DNA of 64,000 nucleotides, taken from NCBI GenBank assembly GCA_016179865.1, contig JACPCJ010000099.1:3786-67785 (forward strand). Direction: 5' to 3'. The notes under the pieces were generated by a model. That model made no database searches, was not told the origin of the DNA, and was given only the letters and a program-made list of their open reading frames with translations. How positions within the stretch are numbered: the stretch's first letter is position 1; every line of letters starts with the position of its first letter. Below are positions 1 to 8,625 of this stretch, piece after piece. This DNA is from Actinomycetota bacterium. GTDB lineage: Bacteria > Actinomycetota > Acidimicrobiia > IMCC26256 > JACPCJ01. Both the position numbers and the translations under genes were made by a program.

Positions 1-2
1 CC

Positions 3-521
3 CTCCCCGCCGAGCCCCTCAGCATCCCCGCCCCCGCGAATCCGTTTGCTCCCCTCGGGGCCGCGGCCGTGCTGGCGGCGCTGTCGCAGGCCTCGGACCA
101 GGACGTTCGCGTAGCCCGTGCCGGCAGCCCCCTGGGGATCATCGACATCGATCCCGTTGCCTGCACGGGCTGCGCGACGTGTGCGCAGAGTTGCCCGGCC
201 GGGGCCCTCTCGGTGGGCGGCGCCAACGGCACCCGATCGATCACCTTCGACCACGCCCGCTGCATCGCCTGCGGGGTCTGCACGGGGCGGTGCCCCGAGT
301 CGGAGGCCGGCGCCATCCGCCTCACGGCCGCCGTAGAGACCGCGCGCCTGGCGCGGGGCCGAGAGGTGGTGTGGGAGGGGGCGGTGACCTCCTGTGAGTC
401 GTGCGGCGCCCCCGTCGCCACCGAGGCCCTCCTCGCACGGGTCGGCGCGCTCCTGGCCGACGACACCGTGGCATCCGCAATCAGCCGCTACTGCTCCCAC
501 TGCCGCGGCGTGCGGCTATAG
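3..521 (+). CDS. 4Fe-4S dicluster ferredoxin-domain protein (5' partial)
   Basis: Two CxxCxxCxxxCP motifs (CTGCATCAQSCP, CIACGVCTGRCP) plus CESCG and CSHCR; frame open back to window start. Confidence 0.8.
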   Translation, partial: LPAEPLSIPAPANPFAPLGAAAVLAALSQASDQDVRVARAGSPLGIIDIDPVACTGCATCAQSCPAGALSVGGANGTRSITFDHARCIACGVCTGRCPESEAGAIRLTAAVETARLARGREVVWEGAVTSCESCGAPVATEALLARVGALLADDTVASAISRYCSHCRGVRL

Positions 522-552
522 GCGGACGCCATCCTCAGCCGTTTCGTGGACG

Positions 553-903
553 TCACAGCGCGATGGCGAGGTCCTGCCACTGCTTGGGGTCGGGCCGATC
601 GTCCAACAGGGCGACGACACCGCGGATGATCGCCCCGAAGTCGTGGTGGGCGAGCGTCCAGATCAGAATGCAGCCGGCATGCTCGCGGCCGGCCTCGGCC
701 CACTCCCGCAGCAGGGGTGCGAAGTCGCGGGCGTTGCGGGTCACCAGGATGCGCGCCTGCTCCGCCGCCACCTCAAGCACCTGCGGGTCGTCCAACGCGC
801 CGAGCACGGCATCGGAGGCGAGGCTCAGCACGTCGTGGCCGCGTTTGCTGAGCGGGCCTCCGACGCGCTTGGGCGACAGGTTGGCGTCGAGGAGTAGACG
901 CAA
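553..903 (-). CDS. DUF5615 / VapC45-like PIN toxin
   Basis: MRLLLDANLS start, D..VL..A....RILVTRNARDF motif; directly downstream of a DUF433-type gene. Confidence 0.85.
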   Translation of the reverse strand: MRLLLDANLSPKRVGGPLSKRGHDVLSLASDAVLGALDDPQVLEVAAEQARILVTRNARDFAPLLREWAEAGREHAGCILIWTLAHHDFGAIIRGVVALLDDRPDPKQWQDLAIAL

Positions 904-906
904 TGG

Positions 907-1317
907 TCAGGCGTCCACGACCTCGATGAACGGGAACAAGGTCCGCAGTTCGTCGAGCGGTCGCCGGTTGTCAGCGATGGCCTGCTCCACTTCCTCCGGG
1001 TAGGCCTGTCGGTAGGCGAGAGCGAGTCGCACTTGTGGCGGTGTCAGCTGGGTCTCTGCCACCAGCGTCTCCACCGAGCTGAACTCCTCGACCATCTGGA
1101 GGTCCTCCCACACGTCCAGACCTGGGCCGATCACCCACGGGCGACGTCGCGCGGCATCCCCGCGAAACGCGATCCCCGGGAACCGGCGGGCACGCGCCGC
1201 CTCCTCGGTGAATACCTCCACCACTGCGCTCTTGGACCGGCGTGTCCGGCGCGCCTCGGCGTCGACCAGCTTCTCGGTCTCCTCCTCGAGACGCACGCTG
1301 AACGGCTGACCCTTCAT
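907..1317 (-). CDS. DUF433-type antitoxin with N-terminal ribbon-helix-helix
   Basis: MKGQPFSVRL..RFPGIAFR..GLDVWE..QVRLALAYRQAYPEEVEQAIADN; start taken at ATG 1317 instead of the ORF-track start. Confidence 0.8.
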   Translation of the reverse strand: MKGQPFSVRLEEETEKLVDAEARRTRRSKSAVVEVFTEEAARARRFPGIAFRGDAARRRPWVIGPGLDVWEDLQMVEEFSSVETLVAETQLTPPQVRLALAYRQAYPEEVEQAIADNRRPLDELRTLFPFIEVVDA

Positions 1318-1389
1318 CACGCCACGCTCCCATTCACTACGACTACTACAGCGTAGCAGGGGGTCGCGACGAGGGGTCGGCGGGACCTT

Positions 1390-1432
1390 TACACCCAATT
1401 CGCATGTGTTGCATGCAACTTGGGTGTACACT
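1390..1432. promoter_or_regulatory. Palindromic operator and -10 box of the FitA/VapC operon
   Basis: TACACCCAA (1390-1398) / TTGGGTGTA (1420-1428) inverted repeat enclosing GTTGCATGCAAC; TACACT at 1427-1432, 7 nt before ATG 1440 (leaderless-like). Confidence 0.55.
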
Positions 1433-1439
1433 CGTGGCC

Positions 1440-1670
1440 ATGACGAAGACGGTCCAGATCCGCAACGTGCCCGACGACGTCCACGCAACCCTGCGAAGCC
1501 GTGCCGCGGCTGCGGGCCGGTCGCTCTCCGACTACCTCCTCGAGGAGATCGAACGGGTCGCACGACGGCCGCCAATCGCCGACGTCCTCCTGCGGGCGAG
1601 TGAACGCGACTGGGGGATCCCGCCCGGCGAGGCGGGCCGGGTTGTCCGGGAGCTTCGTGACGAGCGCTGA
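1440..1670 (+). CDS. FitA-like ribbon-helix-helix antitoxin
   Basis: MTKTVQIRNVPDDVHATLRSRAAAAGRSLSDYL; immediately upstream of a PIN gene. Confidence 0.85.
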   Translation: MTKTVQIRNVPDDVHATLRSRAAAAGRSLSDYLLEEIERVARRPPIADVLLRASERDWGIPPGEAGRVVRELRDER

Positions 1671-1673
1671 GCG

Positions 1674-2063
1674 ATGCTGGTCATCGATACGTCGGCAGTC
1701 ATCGAAGCCCTGGCGCGCCTCCCGGTCAACCCGGACCTCTCGGATCGACTCGTCTCCGATGGCGATCTGCGAGCACCCCACCTCATCGACGTCGAGGTTC
1801 AGCACGCCTTGGCGAAGCTGGTGCGGAACGGGTCACTCCGTGACGATCAGGCCGACCAGGTGCGCCGGAGCTACGACCTCCTCGCCATCACCCGATACCC
1901 GCACACCGGCCTCGCGGGGCGCATGTGGGAGCTGCGGCGAAACCTGACTGCGCACGACGCCGCCTTCGTCGCTCTCGCCGAGGCCCTCGAAGCCCCGCTC
2001 GTCACCTGTGACAGACGCATCGCACGTGCTCCCGGTCACACGGCGCGCGTCGAGATCTACTGA
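1674..2063 (+). CDS. vapC: VapC-family PIN toxin
   Basis: MLVIDTSAVIE..EV..NLTAHDAAFVALAEAL..LVTCDRR; acidic PIN residues present. Confidence 0.9.
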   Translation: MLVIDTSAVIEALARLPVNPDLSDRLVSDGDLRAPHLIDVEVQHALAKLVRNGSLRDDQADQVRRSYDLLAITRYPHTGLAGRMWELRRNLTAHDAAFVALAEALEAPLVTCDRRIARAPGHTARVEIY

Positions 2064-2068
2064 CCGGA

Positions 2069-2437
2069 TCAGCCGCCGCTCCGCTCGGCCAGCCAGGCGT
2101 CGACCGCGTCCACGACGGCCTTGGCGTCGGCGATATCTGCTTCGGCCTCCGCGCTCGTGACGTCTGCTTCCCCGCAGTCGGCCTTCAGGCGGTCATCGAA
2201 GAGGATGCGAAGCCTTCGGCCCTGAGCAGGGTCGATCCCGCCCTCGACCACGAGTCGCTGTCCGAACTTCTGGATGACCCCTGAGTGTTTGCTCGGGAAC
2301 TCGCCAAGTGTCTCGAGGGCATGCCGGCCCGCATAGAACGCTGCGTAGTACGCCTGCGATACCGCCTGACCGTAGAAGCCTTCGTCGTGCAGCAGTCGCG
2401 CCGCGGCCAGGCTCTGACGCGCGCGTTCGATGGTCAC
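2069..2437 (-). CDS. HEPN domain protein
   Basis: AVSQAYYAAFYA..SKHSGVI..F..DRLKADC; 4-nt overlap with upstream MNT gene. Confidence 0.85.
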   Translation of the reverse strand: MTIERARQSLAAARLLHDEGFYGQAVSQAYYAAFYAGRHALETLGEFPSKHSGVIQKFGQRLVVEGGIDPAQGRRLRILFDDRLKADCGEADVTSAEAEADIADAKAVVDAVDAWLAERSGG

Positions 2438-3237
2438 GCCACCCGCCGCCCCTCGCGGAGGACATTGATCACGACGGGCCTCGCGGGGTGCTCCGTTTCC
2501 TCCTCAGCCACGGCGAGCGCCGAGAGAACGGTCCTGTTGGCGACGGAGTGGTTCCAGAGCACCTCGTCCATCCGCCTGGTCTCCTCGAACGGAGAGGTCA
2601 CCGTGTCCAACACGACGAGAAGGTCGATGTCGGATTCGGGGTGGGCGTCGCCTCGCGCCCAGGAGCCGAACAGGATCACCTGGCGCAGGCGGGCGCCGTA
2701 CAGCTTCTTCAAGTCGGCCGCCGCCGCCTCGGCGATGGCGACGGGGTCGAAATGGCCCGACAGTTCCTCGGGTTCGGGGTCGGTGAGTTGGGCCAAGGCC
2801 GCCTCACCTTCCACGGGGTCGATGAGCTCCTCTTTCAGCAGCCATTCGATCGCCCGGCGTTCCATCCGCGTGTCGTGGAATGCGAACCATGCTTCCCGCA
2901 GCTCAGGGAACTCGAAGAGCGTGTCCTTGAAGCGCCGGAAGGCCCCCCGGCCCTCGATGGCACGCTGGAGCAGGTCACGGGCGCGCGGATCGCTGACCCG
3001 GGCTGTGAAGTCAGCGAGGTCCTGGTAGGCCTCGTGCGAACCGATTGGGTCGATGAACGCCAGCCCTCGCTCGTCGGGCTCCTCCTCCCCCTGTTCCCGG
3101 AAGTAGTCGTTCCAGAGCACGACCTCGCCGGTCTGGGGGTCGAGCCACCACGAGGAGTCGCCTGAGTTGTCCTCGAGGGCCTCGGCAACAGCAGACAGAT
3201 CAACCTTCGAGAGTTCGAGCATCGTCATCGCCTTCAT
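2434..3237 (-). CDS. UPF0158-like domain fused to minimal nucleotidyltransferase (MNT)
   Basis: N-part WWLDPQTGEV..AIEGRGAFRRFKDTL..W; C-part LFGSWARGDAHPESDIDLLVV (GSx10DxD); start among ATG 3237/3228/3222. Confidence 0.8.
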   Translation of the reverse strand: MKAMTMLELSKVDLSAVAEALEDNSGDSSWWLDPQTGEVVLWNDYFREQGEEEPDERGLAFIDPIGSHEAYQDLADFTARVSDPRARDLLQRAIEGRGAFRRFKDTLFEFPELREAWFAFHDTRMERRAIEWLLKEELIDPVEGEAALAQLTDPEPEELSGHFDPVAIAEAAAADLKKLYGARLRQVILFGSWARGDAHPESDIDLLVVLDTVTSPFEETRRMDEVLWNHSVANRTVLSALAVAEEETEHPARPVVINVLREGRRVA

Positions 3238-3268
3238 CACGCTCGGAAACTCTCGCGATCCTACCGGG

Positions 3269-4060
3269 CTACCCCGTCCGTGCGCGCGCCGCGGGCTTCG
3301 GGGCGAACAAGGCCAGTGCGCCTCCCACCAGCGCCGCGTACACGCCGACGCCGAGGGTCTCGAACAGGCCGGGGGCGGGGCCGAAGTCGCCCACGGAGTC
3401 GAGGATGCGGGCAACCTGGATCATGAAGAGGAGCGCCGCAACGGCGGCGGCGGCGCCCGCGATGCGGCGAAGCACGTGCAGCGCGGGCGAGAAGGAGAGG
3501 GCGAGCGTGGCCGCGCCCAGCAGGAGCACCAGGACTCCCACACTGAAGCCGCCCTCGGCCGTGCTCTCGTAATCGAAGAGCAACGCCGCCCCGGGCTTGA
3601 AGGCGTTCTCCGTCTCACCGAGGAAGTCGAGCCAGGGCAGCACGATCGAGAGGATGGTCAGGGCGGACCCGATGATGGCCAGCACGAGCCCGGCCTGGGA
3701 GCCACCGCTCTGGACGGCGGGAGAGGTCGACCACGCGGGAACCGAGGCGGCCAGACCAGCGGGTGGCGCCTGCCCTACCGCCTGCGCTGGTGGCGTTCCC
3801 GGGGGCGGGACGGGAATCACCGCCGTGGCGCCCGAGGGAGGGGTGGCGACCGGCGGAGGCGGTGCGGGTGCGGGTTGGACGATCAGCCGGCTGGCGTCGA
3901 CCCAGCCCGACCAGCCGTTGGACGCCTCGACCCGGGCCCAGCCGCCGCGCTGTTCTGCGATCTGCAAAGGGGTCCCGGCGGCGAGCGTGGCGACCGGCGG
4001 CTGCGATGGGTCAGGGGTGGCCCACGCCTGGATCCCTCCCGGCGGGGCGGCATGCGCCAT
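3269..4060 (-). CDS. SH3-like domain + Pro-rich linker + ~4-TM membrane protein
   Basis: GGIQAWATPD..LAAGTPLQIAEQRGGWARVEASNGWSGWVDASRL followed by four hydrophobic segments. Confidence 0.75.
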   Translation of the reverse strand: MAHAAPPGGIQAWATPDPSQPPVATLAAGTPLQIAEQRGGWARVEASNGWSGWVDASRLIVQPAPAPPPPVATPPSGATAVIPVPPPGTPPAQAVGQAPPAGLAASVPAWSTSPAVQSGGSQAGLVLAIIGSALTILSIVLPWLDFLGETENAFKPGAALLFDYESTAEGGFSVGVLVLLLGAATLALSFSPALHVLRRIAGAAAAVAALLFMIQVARILDSVGDFGPAPGLFETLGVGVYAALVGGALALFAPKPAARARTG

Positions 4061-4063
4061 GGG

Positions 4064-4693
4064 TCAGCCTCGGGGAACCAAACGACCGGCGTCGACCCAG
4101 CCCGCCCAGCCGTTCGAGGCCTCCACGTGAGCCCAACCTCCCCGCTGTTCGACGAGGCGAAGCTCCGTTCCCGCCGCCAGTGTGGCCACAGGCGCCGGCG
4201 CAGGGTCGGGGTCGGCCCAGGCGTACATGCCCCCGTCGGGAGCCACGTGGGTGGCGGCAAAGACCGGAGCGGGCGCCGGTGCAGGCGCAGGGGCCGGGGC
4301 TGGCTGGGGTGCGGGCTCGGGAGTCGGGGCCGGCGTCGGAGCAGGTGCCGGCTCGGGCGCGGGAGTCGGAGCAGGAGTCGGTGCCGGGGCGGGCTGGTTG
4401 ACGGGCTGGGCCGTCGGAAGCGGCTCGGGCGCGGGAGTCGGGGCGGGCGCGGGCTGGGCAACCGGTTCCGGTGCCGGGGCGGGCTGGGGTGCCGCCCTCG
4501 CCACCAGACGCGAGGCGTCGACCCATCCCATCCAGCCGTTCGAGCACAGCACCTGTCCCCACTGGCCCCGCTGTTCCATGAGCTGGACGTCGAGCCCCTC
4601 GGTCAGGTTGGCCGCTGGGGCCTGGCTGGGGTCGGGGTCCGCCCAGGCAGGCAGGCCGCCCTGGGGGACGTCATGAGTCGGGCTGTAGGCCAC
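4064..4693 (-). CDS. Tandem SH3-like domain protein with Pro/Ala/Thr repeat linker
   Basis: Two copies of THxxPxGGxxAWADPD..GW.GWVDA.RL; GTG 4693 has GGAGGT 7 nt upstream and matches the paralogue starts. Confidence 0.8.
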   Translation of the reverse strand: MAYSPTHDVPQGGLPAWADPDPSQAPAANLTEGLDVQLMEQRGQWGQVLCSNGWMGWVDASRLVARAAPQPAPAPEPVAQPAPAPTPAPEPLPTAQPVNQPAPAPTPAPTPAPEPAPAPTPAPTPEPAPQPAPAPAPAPAPAPVFAATHVAPDGGMYAWADPDPAPAPVATLAAGTELRLVEQRGGWAHVEASNGWAGWVDAGRLVPRG

Positions 4694-4904
4694 CGCACGC
4701 ACCTCCGCTGAGTCCGATCGCGGTCCTGGAACCTACCGCGACCGGAGCCCAGCTCGCGGTCCCCGGGAGATCGGCAGCCGCCCAGGACGCCGCCGCCGAA
4801 AGGTCATCTACCCCCGTCCCAGCACCGGTTCGTGACCCTTACGGCGTCCAGCGTCGCCCGACGGCGGGGTGCATCGAGGCGATCTCGGCGTCATGATTCC
4901 GGGC

Positions 4905-5000
4905 GTGGCTCGCGTGCATGAGGGGTGCATGGTGATCGCCGACATCGGCGGCTACACGCGCTACCTCAAGTCGGTCGAGCTCGAGCACGCCCACGACGCT
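4905..5000 (+). pseudogene. N-terminal stub of a DUF2652-like (cyclase-fold) gene
   Basis: ARVHEGCMVIADIGGYTRYLKSVELEHAHDA resembles the IADISGYT..ELEHA start of this family; similarity stops at the 5005 palindrome. Confidence 0.6.
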
Positions 5001-5004
5001 TGGG

Positions 5005-5052
5005 CCTTGTGCCGGATATTCGGCGCTCAGCGCCCATGGATCCGGCAAAAGG
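5005..5052. repeat. 48-bp palindrome (family D), possible terminator of mce
   Basis: CCTTGTGCCGGAT / ATCCGGCAAAAGG arms (12 of 13 paired), inner GGCGCT-C-AGCGCC hairpin. Confidence 0.7.
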
Positions 5053-5070
5053 TCAGGAAAACGGGGGCGG

Positions 5071-5508
5071 TTATTCCTGGACGAGTTCGACGAGAGTGCC
5101 GAAGGCGGTCTTGGGGTGGAGGAAGGCCACGGTGGTGCCCCGCGAGCCCGTCCGCGGGTGCTCGTCGACGACCCGGGCCCCCTGCGCCTTCACGTGCTCC
5201 AGCACCTGATCGCAGTCGTCAACGCGGTAGCCGACGTGATGGATGCCCTCGCCGTTGCGATCCATGTACTTGGCCAGGGGCGAGTCGTCCCGGAAGGGCG
5301 TCAGGAGCTGGATGTAGGAGTCGGCCACCTTGATGAGGGCCTCGTCGACGCCGTCGCTCTCGATCCGCTCCCAGTGGAGGACGGTGGCGCCGAACATCTC
5401 CTCGTACCACTCGACGGCGGCGTGGAGGTCGGCAACGGCGATGCCGACGTGGTCGAGCTCCGTGAGCACGCCTGAGCTCGCGTCAGCCTGGGAATGGCCG
5501 CTGCTCAT
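5071..5508 (-). CDS. mce: Methylmalonyl-/ethylmalonyl-CoA epimerase (VOC fold)
   Basis: LDHVGIAV..IQLL..GEGIHHVGYRV..AFLHPKTAFGTLVELVQE; coupled to ccr. Confidence 0.9.
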   Translation of the reverse strand: MSSGHSQADASSGVLTELDHVGIAVADLHAAVEWYEEMFGATVLHWERIESDGVDEALIKVADSYIQLLTPFRDDSPLAKYMDRNGEGIHHVGYRVDDCDQVLEHVKAQGARVVDEHPRTGSRGTTVAFLHPKTAFGTLVELVQE

Positions 5509-6857
5509 GTGCCGTGGTGGCGGAAGAGGGTGATCTTGTCCTCGCCAACCCGGGCCCGAAGCTCGGGGTCATCGATCCCCAGCCCCTCCTCGGGGGCGAG
5601 GCAGAGCACACCGAGCTTGCCCTCGTGCAGGTTGTGGTGGATCTGGGCCGCCGCCTCCCCCGTGTCGGTGAGCGGGTAGACGGCGGAGAGGATGGGCTGG
5701 ACCTTGCCCTCGCACACGAGCCGGTTGGCGTCCCAGGCCTCGCGGTAGTTGGCGAAATGCGACCCCTTGATGGTCTTGAGGTGCATCCAGAGATACCGGT
5801 TGTCGTACTCGATCATGAACCCGCTGGTGGCGGCGCAGGTAACGATCGTCCCGCCCCGCTTGCACACGAACACCGAGGCACCCATGGTCTGGCGGCCGGG
5901 GTGCTCGAACACGACGTCGGCGTCGGCCCCCGCCAGCTCCCGGATCTTCTTTCCGAGCCGCAGCCACTCCTTCGGGTCCTGCGTGTGCTCGTCGGACCAG
6001 AAGTGGTACCCCTCGGCCAAACGGTCGATCACGCATTCGACGCCCAGCTCGTGGAGCAGCTCGACCTTCTCAGGTGAGGAGACGACGGCAACGGGCGTGG
6101 CCCCGGCGTTGAGCACGTACTGGCAGGCGTAGCCGCCGAGGCCGCCGGAAGCACCCCACACTAGGACCGTCTGGCCCTGGGTGATCTGGCTGCCGTTGGG
6201 CGACACCAGCATCCGGTAGCTCGTGGAGTTGGTGAGCCCGTTGCAGGCCGCCTCCTCCCAGGACAGGTGGGTGGGCTTGGGCATGACCTGGTTGGCCTTG
6301 ACTACGGCAAGGTCAGCGAGGCCGCCGTAGTTCGACTCGAAGCCCCAGATGCGCTGGTTGGTCGCCAGCATCGAATCGTCGTGCGACGACGGGTCCTGGT
6401 CGTCCACGTAGTTGCAGTGCACGGTGACCTTGTCGCCGGGTGTGAAGGTGCGCACGGCCGATCCCACCTTCAGGACCACCCCGGCGGCGTCGGACCCGAT
6501 GACGTGGAAAGGCTGGTCGTGCCGGGCCCCCCAGGCGCTCTCCCGGCCCAAACGCTCGAGAAAGCCGAACGTCGGGAGGGGCTCGAAGATCGACGTCCAG
6601 ACGGTGTTGAAGTTGATGGCGGACGCCATGACGGCGAGGAACACCTCGTCGGGTGCCAGCTCTGGAGTCGGGACGTCCTGCACGTGCACCGACTTGCGGG
6701 GATCCTTCTCGTCCGACGGCATGCCGGCGAACATCTCGGACTCGTCTTTGAGCACCACCGCCGCCCGGTAGGACTCGGGAATCTCGACGGCGCCGAACTC
6801 CTCGGCTGGGGCGCCGTCGGCCAGCAGGCGAGGAACGTCGGTCAGTTGGTGAGCCAT
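5505..6857 (-). CDS. ccrA: Crotonyl-CoA carboxylase/reductase
   Basis: AVMASAINFNTVW, HVIGSDAAGVV, QRIWGFESNYGG, WGASGGLG, VFEHPGRQT, DNRYLWM. Confidence 0.93.
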   Translation of the reverse strand: MAHQLTDVPRLLADGAPAEEFGAVEIPESYRAAVVLKDESEMFAGMPSDEKDPRKSVHVQDVPTPELAPDEVFLAVMASAINFNTVWTSIFEPLPTFGFLERLGRESAWGARHDQPFHVIGSDAAGVVLKVGSAVRTFTPGDKVTVHCNYVDDQDPSSHDDSMLATNQRIWGFESNYGGLADLAVVKANQVMPKPTHLSWEEAACNGLTNSTSYRMLVSPNGSQITQGQTVLVWGASGGLGGYACQYVLNAGATPVAVVSSPEKVELLHELGVECVIDRLAEGYHFWSDEHTQDPKEWLRLGKKIRELAGADADVVFEHPGRQTMGASVFVCKRGGTIVTCAATSGFMIEYDNRYLWMHLKTIKGSHFANYREAWDANRLVCEGKVQPILSAVYPLTDTGEAAAQIHHNLHEGKLGVLCLAPEEGLGIDDPELRARVGEDKITLFRHHGT

Positions 6858-6985
6858 GCCGCGCACCGTAGCGGCGCCCCCCGGCCGCGTGCATACGGGC
6901 CCGAACCCCCGCTATGTGTCAGCGAAGGTCGTGGAGCAGCGCGTCATGACAGGAAGCGGCGGGATCAGGAGGCCTGTTGACCCGG

Positions 6986-7492
6986 TCAGGTGGCCTGGAG
7001 ATAGGCCTCCATGCCCTGGGCCTCGTGGAACTTGCAGTACAGGCGGTACACGCCGGGTCCGGGCCCCTGGTTGTTGAGAGCCTCGGTGGCGTTGTTGGCA
7101 CCGGGGTCGAGGTCGGCGTCGAGGTACTCCTCGGCCGGGTTGGCGACCCGCTGAAGGGTGACGTTGTGCGTCACGGTGCCCCCGTTGGTGACGTTGAGTC
7201 CCTGGTCGGCCGACATCGAGATGCAGGACGGCTCGAACCGGAAGTCGGCGGCGGCGATCTCGACCGAGGGGCCCTCCGGTGCCGTCGTGGGTCGGCAGGG
7301 AAGCTCGGGCTCCGTCGTGGTCGTGGTGTCGGACGCCCGGCTCGTCGGGGGCGCGACGGGCGCCGCGTCACCTCCCGTCGAGGCCGTCACACCCGCCGTA
7401 GTCGACGCTGAGGTCTTTTCGCCGTCGGACGAACACTGGATCAGGACGAATCCGAACGTCGCACACATCACGACGCGAAACGCTCGCTGCAC
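6986..7492 (-). CDS. Exported cupredoxin-domain (lipo)protein
   Basis: Hydrophobic N-terminus ending LIQC; HNVT..YCKFHEAQGM type-1 Cu ligand pattern. Confidence 0.75.
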   Translation of the reverse strand: MQRAFRVVMCATFGFVLIQCSSDGEKTSASTTAGVTASTGGDAAPVAPPTSRASDTTTTTEPELPCRPTTAPEGPSVEIAAADFRFEPSCISMSADQGLNVTNGGTVTHNVTLQRVANPAEEYLDADLDPGANNATEALNNQGPGPGVYRLYCKFHEAQGMEAYLQAT

Positions 7493-7546
7493 GAGGCGGC
7501 AGGCTAGTGGACACGAAGGGGAGGTTCGTCCGAAGCACTCGCGAAA

Positions 7547-8128
7547 TCAGGAGCCCCGGAGAGCGACCGGAGTCCAGGCGGGCCAGTCTGCATCGCCGAC
7601 GAGGTCACCGCAGGCGTACGTCGCGATGCGCCTGAACGCCTTGTCAGAGGAAGTGTTGTCGTACACATACGAGGTGTCGGCGATGGCGATAGCGGCCGCG
7701 ACCAAGTCCCAGAGGCGCTGATATCGGCTACGGATCTTGTCTTCGGGCACATCGTGACCGTCCTCGTTGGCAACCCGGTCGGCAACGCGAGCTACGGCGC
7801 CGTCCTCGGGTACGGCCAGAACGTGAAGCGTCACGTGGTAGCCAGCTTCTTGGGCACGCTGCACGAAGTCGACCTTGGAAGGCTGAGAAAACACCGTCTC
7901 GGCAACGAATGACTCGCGTCTGGCAACGAGCTGATCCCGAGCCTGCTCGGCGAGCTGCGCCGCCTCGTAGGCATGTGCGGCTGCGTCATCGGGCCAGTGC
8001 TCGGCGGCGATGAGGTCTGCGTTGACGAAGGGCAGATGAGTCCTCGGGTACAGCACCCGGTTGTAGAAGGTGGTCTTTCCTGCGCCGTTGGGCCCGGCGA
8101 CGACGTGAAGGACGGGATCCTCTGTCAC
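7547..8128 (-). CDS. Zeta-toxin-like P-loop kinase/ATPase
   Basis: VVAGPNGAGKTT, FVNADLIA, ETVFS, GHDVPEDKIRSRY, YDN. Confidence 0.85.
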   Translation of the reverse strand: MTEDPVLHVVAGPNGAGKTTFYNRVLYPRTHLPFVNADLIAAEHWPDDAAAHAYEAAQLAEQARDQLVARRESFVAETVFSQPSKVDFVQRAQEAGYHVTLHVLAVPEDGAVARVADRVANEDGHDVPEDKIRSRYQRLWDLVAAAIAIADTSYVYDNTSSDKAFRRIATYACGDLVGDADWPAWTPVALRGS

Positions 8129-8497
8129 CTATGCGCGGCTGACCGTCTCCCGGCGGACAAGCGTGCCGTCGGGCGCGATGTCGATCCAGGTGCGTCGGCC
8201 CGTGGCGGCGAACTCGGAAGCGAGGTCGATCCCGCCGGCCACGGCATCGAGCCGGTTCGTCCACTCAGCCCGCACGACGGCCTGGTCCTCTGCGTTCAGC
8301 GAGTCGTAGGACTCGTGACCGGCAAGCACGGCGGCGATTGCGTGCGCCGAGATGTGGCGTGACGCCTCCACCTCCCGGCCGACGCGCGCCCAGTGGGCGA
8401 TCTGTTGAGCGGCACTGCGCGACTGGCGACTCCCGGCGAGCTTCGCAGTGCCCAGCAACTCGGCGTCGATGCGGATGGGCGTCGTGCTGTGCTTCAT
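8129..8497 (-). CDS. ParD-like antitoxin
   Basis: IRIDAELL..RSAAQQIAHWARVGREVE; abuts the kinase gene. Confidence 0.8.
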   Translation of the reverse strand: MKHSTTPIRIDAELLGTAKLAGSRQSRSAAQQIAHWARVGREVEASRHISAHAIAAVLAGHESYDSLNAEDQAVVRAEWTNRLDAVAGGIDLASEFAATGRRTWIDIAPDGTLVRRETVSRA

Positions 8498-8516
8498 GGG
8501 GTCCCCTCCGACGGGA

Positions 8517-8551
8517 GTAGCTATCTGCTACATAACGTAGCATTTCGCTAC
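8517..8551. promoter_or_regulatory. Tandem operator of the ParD-like/zeta operon
   Basis: GTAGC-N5-GCTAC twice with a 5-nt gap, ~20 nt upstream of the start. Confidence 0.65.
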
Positions 8552-8625
8552 AGCCGCGTCGCGTGATGTCGCGAGACACCGGAGACACGGTGTGGGAGAC
8601 CACTCGGCGCCCTCGGCAACTGGGC

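Noticed and set aside
4064-4066. Selenocysteine codon
   Set aside because: Aligns with an aromatic residue, not Cys; no convincing SECIS hairpin seen
4260-4500. Tandem DNA repeats
   Set aside because: They encode the Pro/Ala/Thr linker of the SH3-like protein, with synonymous variation
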